Shown here one piece after another: positions 58,688-64,000 of a stretch of 64,000 nucleotides of DNA. The DNA is taken from IMG/VR virus record IMGVR_UViG_3300029309_000001, positions 55,027 to 119,026 of that record; one strand, given 5' to 3'. This DNA is from a virus. The notes under the pieces are model-generated. The model saw only the letters and a list, made by a program, of their open reading frames with translations. It was not told the DNA's origin and made no database searches. The translations under genes and the position numbers were made by a program. The first letter of the stretch is position 1. Every line of letters begins with the position of its first letter.

Positions 58688-59150
58688 GTTGTATTACTAT
58701 AGGACCTGATGAAGTTTTTTCATTTTCTTCTTCTTCTTTATTTAATGTATCATTTACATACTCAGCAACATTTTCACTAATAGCCTCAACTTTTTGATAT
58801 TCTACATCATCTTGATTTGCAGCATAAAATCTAACTAAATGATATAATTCCATTAAAGGTGCTAAAGCCATTTCAGCTGGACTTATAGTTAAAGTACCAT
58901 CTTTAATTTGCTTATTAAATTCATTTGGGTTAACTTCAGATAATTTAAACTTAGTAAAAAATTTAAATTGTTCTTCTTCAGACATATCTTTAAGTATAAA
59001 ACTTATTGTTTCATCTAACTGATCCATATAGTTAGAACTTATAGGTGTCCAGATTACAGAATTTTTATTTATTTTAATAAAACTATCTTCAGGAATCTTA
59101 TCTAAAAGTTCTTTACCTTTAACTAATTTTGGTTTTTTGTTCTCTTCCAT
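58674..59150 (-). CDS. Hypothetical protein, antisense to the replication arm
   Basis: 158 aa ORF with its own TATCTTTG element at 59256-59263. Confidence 0.65.
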   Translation of the reverse strand: MEENKKPKLVKGKELLDKIPEDSFIKINKNSVIWTPISSNYMDQLDETISFILKDMSEEEQFKFFTKFKLSEVNPNEFNKQIKDGTLTISPAEMALAPLMELYHLVRFYAANQDDVEYQKVEAISENVAEYVNDTLNKEEEENEKTSSGPIVIQPSED

Positions 59151-59255
59151 GATTTTAATAATTTATTAAGGTTAGTATCAGGCTTAGTTCTAAGCATTTT
59201 AATATGGCTGGATTGTTCCAGTAATTTTATGTCATTTAATGTAAAATTCATACTA

Positions 59256-59292
59256 CAAAGATAGGAAAAAAAGTTATTAATCAGTATATTTG
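59256..59292. promoter_or_regulatory. Divergent pair of TAnnTTTG promoter elements
   Basis: TATCTTTG on the - strand (59256-59263) and TATATTTG on the + strand (59285-59292). Confidence 0.55.
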
Positions 59293-59317
59293 CAAAACAA
59301 AATATTTAAACCAACAT

Positions 59318-59923
59318 ATGTGGGAATTATTACAAAAAGTCCTTAAAGATAACATAACACCAAATCAGTTATTATTACTGTATTCTATACATGAACGTAT
59401 ATCTGTGCCACAAATAAAACCTTTACTTGAAGTAGGTTATTTAGTTAAAGCAGGATATGTAGTTCAACATAAAAAAGATAACAAAACAACTTATAGTATT
59501 ACTAAGGATGGCAAAGCAATAATTAGAAAATATGATAACTATTTTGTTAAAGCAAAAAAGAAAACCAATATTCAGTTAATGGGTAAAAACTTTGTAGATA
59601 AGTTAAATTTATACAGAGAAGTATTTCCTGCAGGTAAACTACCTAGTGGAAAACCAGCAAGACAAAACATTAGAAGTCTTGAGACTGCATTTAGATGGTT
59701 CTTTGAAACATATGATTTTGATTGGAATGATATAATTAAAGCAACAAAAATGTATGTTAATGAATTTAGAGATAAAGAATATTTATATATGAAAAACAGT
59801 CAATATTTTATATCAAAACAAGATAAAAATAAAGTAAAGCACTCAGAATTAGCAGATTACTGTGATATGATTAAAGATGGAGTAGTAGATAGACCTAATC
59901 ATTTTAAAGATAAAGTAGTATGA
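59318..59923 (+). CDS. Replication protein with an N-terminal winged helix (initiator/helicase-loader candidate)
   Basis: ITPNQLLLL...LVKAGYV...YSITKDGK; ATGA-coupled to dnaB. Confidence 0.55.
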   Translation: MWELLQKVLKDNITPNQLLLLYSIHERISVPQIKPLLEVGYLVKAGYVVQHKKDNKTTYSITKDGKAIIRKYDNYFVKAKKKTNIQLMGKNFVDKLNLYREVFPAGKLPSGKPARQNIRSLETAFRWFFETYDFDWNDIIKATKMYVNEFRDKEYLYMKNSQYFISKQDKNKVKHSELADYCDMIKDGVVDRPNHFKDKVV

Positions 59924-60864
59924 AAGCTTGGAATGGACAATATCAATCATTTAATGAAGCACTTAAATATATGCTTGATAGACAGAGTGGTAAGGAGAAA
60001 TCCATACAAACTCCGTGGCCTAAATTTAATGATGCAGTTACAGATGGATTAGAATGGAATACTTTAACAGTAATTGGTGGTAGACCTGGTTCAGGTAAAA
60101 CATTAATTAAAGATCAAATAATAAGAGAATCATTTATACTTAATCCAGAAGAAAAATACAGAGTATTAGAGTTTCAGTTTGAAATGGTAGGTAGAACTTC
60201 AGCAATTAGAGAGTTTAGTTCTATTACAGGTAAAACATATAAAGAATTATGTAGTGCTGGATCTATATTAGAAACAGAAATTTTTGATAGATGTCATGAA
60301 TATGCTAAACAAAGATTAAAAAATCCAGTAGATGTTATATCTACACCTATGACTGTAAATCAAATGCGTGAACAAATAGACATGTATATGAATGAACATA
60401 AAGGTGAAAAGACTATTATAACTCTTGATCATACTCTTCTAGTAAAAAGAGCACCATATCAAAACAATAGATTAGATATGTTATTTGAACTAGGAGAATT
60501 TTTTACACAGGTTAAGCGTGAATATCCCGTGATGTTTATAACATTATCACAATTAAATAGGAATATAGATAATCCTGACAGAGCAATAGATGGTAAATAT
60601 GGTAATTATGTACTTGAATCAGATATATTTGGTTCAGATGCAATGTTACAACATGCTGATACTTTAATAGGTATTAACCGTCCAGCTAAACAAAAGATTA
60701 GAAACTATGGTCCTGATAGATTTATCATTGAAGATGATAAAACATTAGTATTACACTTTCTTAAAGCAAGAAATGGTGATGCACGTATGTCATTCTTTAA
60801 AGCAGCATTTGAAAGAATGGAAATAGAAGAAATGAATACTCCACCACAACAACAAAGAAGATAA
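59920..60864 (+). CDS. dnaB: DnaB-like replicative helicase (SF4, ATPase domain only)
   Basis: GGRPGSGKT, FEM, DH, LSQLNR, SDA..Q.AD and KARNG. Confidence 0.9.
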   Translation: MKAWNGQYQSFNEALKYMLDRQSGKEKSIQTPWPKFNDAVTDGLEWNTLTVIGGRPGSGKTLIKDQIIRESFILNPEEKYRVLEFQFEMVGRTSAIREFSSITGKTYKELCSAGSILETEIFDRCHEYAKQRLKNPVDVISTPMTVNQMREQIDMYMNEHKGEKTIITLDHTLLVKRAPYQNNRLDMLFELGEFFTQVKREYPVMFITLSQLNRNIDNPDRAIDGKYGNYVLESDIFGSDAMLQHADTLIGINRPAKQKIRNYGPDRFIIEDDKTLVLHFLKARNGDARMSFFKAAFERMEIEEMNTPPQQQRR

Positions 60865-60867
60865 TAT

Positions 60868-61371
60868 ATGACCCCAGCAGAACGTAAAGCAAAAGTATTA
60901 GAATTAAGAAAAGAGCATCAGCCCTATTTTGATAAATCAAATAAGAACAATGCTCTATATATACCAAAGATGGCTTATAGGCCAACTGGAAAAGATGATT
61001 TACATGTCTCATTCTTTCCTAGTGAACTAGAAAAAGGAGCAGATATATACACTGAATTTGTAAGTATTCAGTATGAATCAGAAGATCCTAAAAGAACTTT
61101 GTATTTAATTAAACATAATCCACATTGGAAAGAAGAATATGAATTAATTACAAGTAGCTCAGGATTTCAAAGACATATAGTTCCAGTATCTGAATTAAAA
61201 GTAATCAATGATGTTACTAGTAGGAATTTACCATTAAACAGTGGTGATCCTGAAGTAGAACAAAAAGCATTTGATGCATTACCAAATCCAGAGACTGAAA
61301 GAGATATAGTTGACGTATTAAAAGGAATAGAAAAAGCATTATTAAGTATTAATCAAAAATTAAGTAAATAA
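60868..61371 (+). CDS. Hypothetical protein
   Basis: 167 aa ORF in the replication operon. Confidence 0.7.
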   Translation: MTPAERKAKVLELRKEHQPYFDKSNKNNALYIPKMAYRPTGKDDLHVSFFPSELEKGADIYTEFVSIQYESEDPKRTLYLIKHNPHWKEEYELITSSSGFQRHIVPVSELKVINDVTSRNLPLNSGDPEVEQKAFDALPNPETERDIVDVLKGIEKALLSINQKLSK

Positions 61372-62052
61372 ATGGCACAAAGCGTATTAATTATTGCAGA
61401 CTCAGGTACAGGTAAATCAACTAGTATGAGAAACCTAGATCCAAAAGAAACTTTTATTATTAACATTGCTAATAAACCACTACCGTTTAAAGGTTGGAAA
61501 AAAAATTATACAAATATTAGTAAAGATAATCCTAAAGGTAATATGACTTCAGCTTCTTCAGCTGCTGGTATAGTAAAAGCTATACAACATGTAAATGATA
61601 AAATGCCAAATGTAAAAAATCTAATTATAGATGATTGGCAGTATATGAGTTCATTTGAATATTTTGATAGAGCTAATGAAAAAGGTTATGATAAGTTTAC
61701 ACAGATTGCAGCTAACTTAGCACAAGTTGCTAAAATGCCAAAAGATCTGAGAGAAGACTTATACGTATTTTTTCTAACTCATTCAGAAGAATCAACAGAT
61801 GTAAATGGACATAGAAAAGTTAAAGCTAAAACTATTGGTAAAATGATAGACAATACTTTAACACTAGAAGGTTTGTTTTCAATAGTTCTATTTGGTAGAG
61901 TAAAGAAAACAGAAGACAGTTTAGAATATGGGTTTGATACAGTAAACAATGGTGAAAACACATGTAAATCACCAATGGGAATGTTTGATGAACCCTTTAT
62001 AGAAAATGACTTACAGTTAGTAAAAGACTGTATAACAAAGTATGAATCTTAA
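61372..62052 (+). CDS. AAA_24/Sak4-like P-loop ATPase (recombinase)
   Basis: ADSGTGKST, IIDD, LTH, KTIGKM.D and CKSPMGMF. Confidence 0.85.
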   Translation: MAQSVLIIADSGTGKSTSMRNLDPKETFIINIANKPLPFKGWKKNYTNISKDNPKGNMTSASSAAGIVKAIQHVNDKMPNVKNLIIDDWQYMSSFEYFDRANEKGYDKFTQIAANLAQVAKMPKDLREDLYVFFLTHSEESTDVNGHRKVKAKTIGKMIDNTLTLEGLFSIVLFGRVKKTEDSLEYGFDTVNNGENTCKSPMGMFDEPFIENDLQLVKDCITKYES

Positions 62053-62776
62053 AAAGAGTAAAATGAGTGAATTAAATTTAAAAACAAAAGTTATGTTAAA
62101 CACTAAAGACATGCAAGTAGGATCTGGTAAAGCTAGACCAGTTCTTGGACCAGGTAATCATGAAATCAAAATTAATAAAATTACTTATGATGTAACACCA
62201 TATGACAAAGATGCTCATAATATTATGTTACATGTAGAAACTAAACCTCTTGGAGGTGAGTTTGAAGGATTTCTAATTGATCAAAATAATCCATCATTAG
62301 GTAGATATGAAGGTCAGGTAGGAAGAATTAGAATGACACCATATCCATATAAAGATGCTACTTTACCTAGTGGTAGAGAAATAAATAAGGATCAAGAAGT
62401 TCTTAAGTCAATGATTTTCCTTGGTGAAGTACTTGAAATGAGAGATGATTTAGATTCTATTGAGGCAGAAACAATAGAGGATTTTGTAAGTCAATGTAAT
62501 TCATTATTTACTAGCAATGAAAAAGGTAGTAAATTTATGAACTCTTGTTTAGCTAGCCGTGAATGGGAAAATAAAGAAGGTTATGTAAATAATGATTTAT
62601 ATATTCCTAGAATATCTAAAGACGGTGTAGGTTTAGAAAAAACTGATGTAGAAAACAGTAGATTATTAAAGTTTGATGTATCTGTTCATGTTAGACCAGT
62701 GGTTAAAAAAGATAATGCTAATCAATCTTTTGAACCAAAACAAAATGGTTCAACAGGATCTGATTTTGAACTTTAG
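62042..62776 (+). CDS. Single-stranded DNA-binding protein (putative)
   Basis: Follows the Sak4-like gene; PG.H...I..I N-terminus and acidic-aromatic tail SDFEL. Confidence 0.6.
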   Translation: MNLKKSKMSELNLKTKVMLNTKDMQVGSGKARPVLGPGNHEIKINKITYDVTPYDKDAHNIMLHVETKPLGGEFEGFLIDQNNPSLGRYEGQVGRIRMTPYPYKDATLPSGREINKDQEVLKSMIFLGEVLEMRDDLDSIEAETIEDFVSQCNSLFTSNEKGSKFMNSCLASREWENKEGYVNNDLYIPRISKDGVGLEKTDVENSRLLKFDVSVHVRPVVKKDNANQSFEPKQNGSTGSDFEL

Positions 62777-62830
62777 GTATCTTAGGCATAAGCCAATAAC
62801 CGTTAATACATTTACCTAAATTATAGTAAG

Positions 62831-62862
62831 GGGTGCTCTAGTAGCACCCTAAACTATTTATT
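62831..62862 (+). terminator. Hairpin/possible terminator
   Basis: GGGTGCT-CTAGT-AGCACCC with only a weak U-tract. Confidence 0.4.
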
Positions 62863-62865
62863 ATT

Positions 62866-63846
62866 ATGATAAGCACAAAAAATTTTATATCAGATCAAAA
62901 AGATGTTGACAGTGCTTGGGTATTTGAATTTTATTTAGACCTGCCAGAAAGATTATTTGGACAAGATTTACAAGTTAAATCTATTTTTAATCCTACTGAG
63001 AGAACACCAAGTATGTTTATATACTTTGCAAAAAATGTGGGTCAATACAAATTTAAAGACTTTAGTTCTGGTAAACAGGGCAGTGCTATTGATTTAGTTA
63101 AAGAAATATTTAATTTAAATTTTTCACAAGCATTGTTTCATATAATAGAAGATTATAATAAATATATTCTTAAGCACGGAGAACATGATAGAATAGAATG
63201 TACACCTGCTGCAAGATATAAAGTTGACTTTATTAAGAAAAGAAATTGGTATCAAACAGATGTTGATTTTTGGTTATCATTTAATATAGGATCATCTATA
63301 CTAAAAGAATATAATGTTTACCCAATTGAATATTATAATATGATTAAAGAAGGTGAAAATACATTTGATAAAATTACTATAAAAAATAAACAAATGTATG
63401 GTTACTTTAATAAATACGGAGATATATATAAAATATATCAACCTGCTCAAAAAAATTATAAATTCATAAAAGTAACACCATATACACAAGGTATAGATCA
63501 ACTTAAATATCAAAAACCAAATCTTATAATATGTTCATCATTAAAAGATGCAATGTGTTTAAGACACTTTAACTTTAATGTTGAAGTAATAGCACCAGAT
63601 AGTGAAAATACATTAATAAAACCCTATGTAATAAATAACTTAAAAGAAAAATATTCTAAAGTTATTACTTTATTTGATAATGATCAAGCAGGTCATAATG
63701 CAATAAAGAAATATAAGGAAGCTTATAATATTCATGGGACATTTTTAGAAATAGAAAAAGATTTATCTGATGCTGTAAAATTACACGGTATAAATAAAAT
63801 AAAAGAAATCATAGCACCATTGCTATCTAAAACATTAAAACTATGA
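62866..63846 (+). CDS. dnaG: DNA primase (DnaG-like, TOPRIM)
   Basis: ERTPSM..FKDFSSG..G.AID N-terminal domain; SLKD and FDND.AG TOPRIM motifs. Confidence 0.8.
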   Translation: MISTKNFISDQKDVDSAWVFEFYLDLPERLFGQDLQVKSIFNPTERTPSMFIYFAKNVGQYKFKDFSSGKQGSAIDLVKEIFNLNFSQALFHIIEDYNKYILKHGEHDRIECTPAARYKVDFIKKRNWYQTDVDFWLSFNIGSSILKEYNVYPIEYYNMIKEGENTFDKITIKNKQMYGYFNKYGDIYKIYQPAQKNYKFIKVTPYTQGIDQLKYQKPNLIICSSLKDAMCLRHFNFNVEVIAPDSENTLIKPYVINNLKEKYSKVITLFDNDQAGHNAIKKYKEAYNIHGTFLEIEKDLSDAVKLHGINKIKEIIAPLLSKTLKL

Positions 63847-64000
63847 AATGGTTTATTCCAGGGAGTGTACCTAGTTCAAAAAATAGCAGAAGATGGACAG
63901 GTAAATTTTTTATAGCAAGTAAAACTACTATGAAGTATAGAAAAGATACAGATAGTATTTACAAAAAGCATGCAGCTTCTTTTGCAAAAGAATTTGCTAA
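63843..64000 (+). CDS. RusA-like Holliday junction resolvase (partial, runs off the window)
   Basis: MKWFIPGSVPSSKNSRR N-terminal motif. Confidence 0.55.
   Translation, partial: MKWFIPGSVPSSKNSRRWTGKFFIASKTTMKYRKDTDSIYKKHAASFAKEFA

Noticed and set aside
1-64000. Stop-codon reassignment (TAG/TGA), known in some crAss-like phages
   Set aside because: Terminase, portal, MCP and the giant ORFs are uninterrupted in the standard code. TAG and TGA serve as apparent stops at tightly coupled gene junctions.

Overview
AT-rich 64 kb segment of a crAss-like (Crassvirales-related) podophage genome, read in the standard genetic code. The host is probably an aquatic Bacteroidota/Flavobacteriia species (phoH present, TAnnTTTG promoters). 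1-51 kb is a minus-strand late/structural arm. It carries giant cargo proteins, a muzzle/stabilization protein, ring proteins, Cys-rich appendage proteins, the major capsid protein, scaffold, portal and terminase, then GroES, a PD-(D/E)xK nuclease, a candidate endolysin and holin, PhoH and a thermonuclease. 51-64 kb is a plus-strand early/replication arm with small membrane proteins, HNH nuclease, SF2 helicase, DnaB, a Sak4-like ATPase, SSB, primase and a partial RusA-like gene. Four observations stand out. (1) The giant cargo proteins look like polyproteins: unrelated modules (two HExxH zincins, a transglycosylase-like domain, a Cys-rich HiPIP-like domain, an outer-membrane beta-barrel-like unit) are separated by a recurring K/R/Q-x-GG-x-L-x-K-(A/F)-Q linker. 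(2) About 550 nt of non-coding sequence near the strand switch is packed with long hairpins whose G-U pairs favour a plus-strand RNA. (3) vWA and EGF-like inserts sit inside the muzzle protein. (4) A repeated phage late-promoter motif precedes the structural units. All functional calls come from motif recognition and synteny by eye; no database searches were run.
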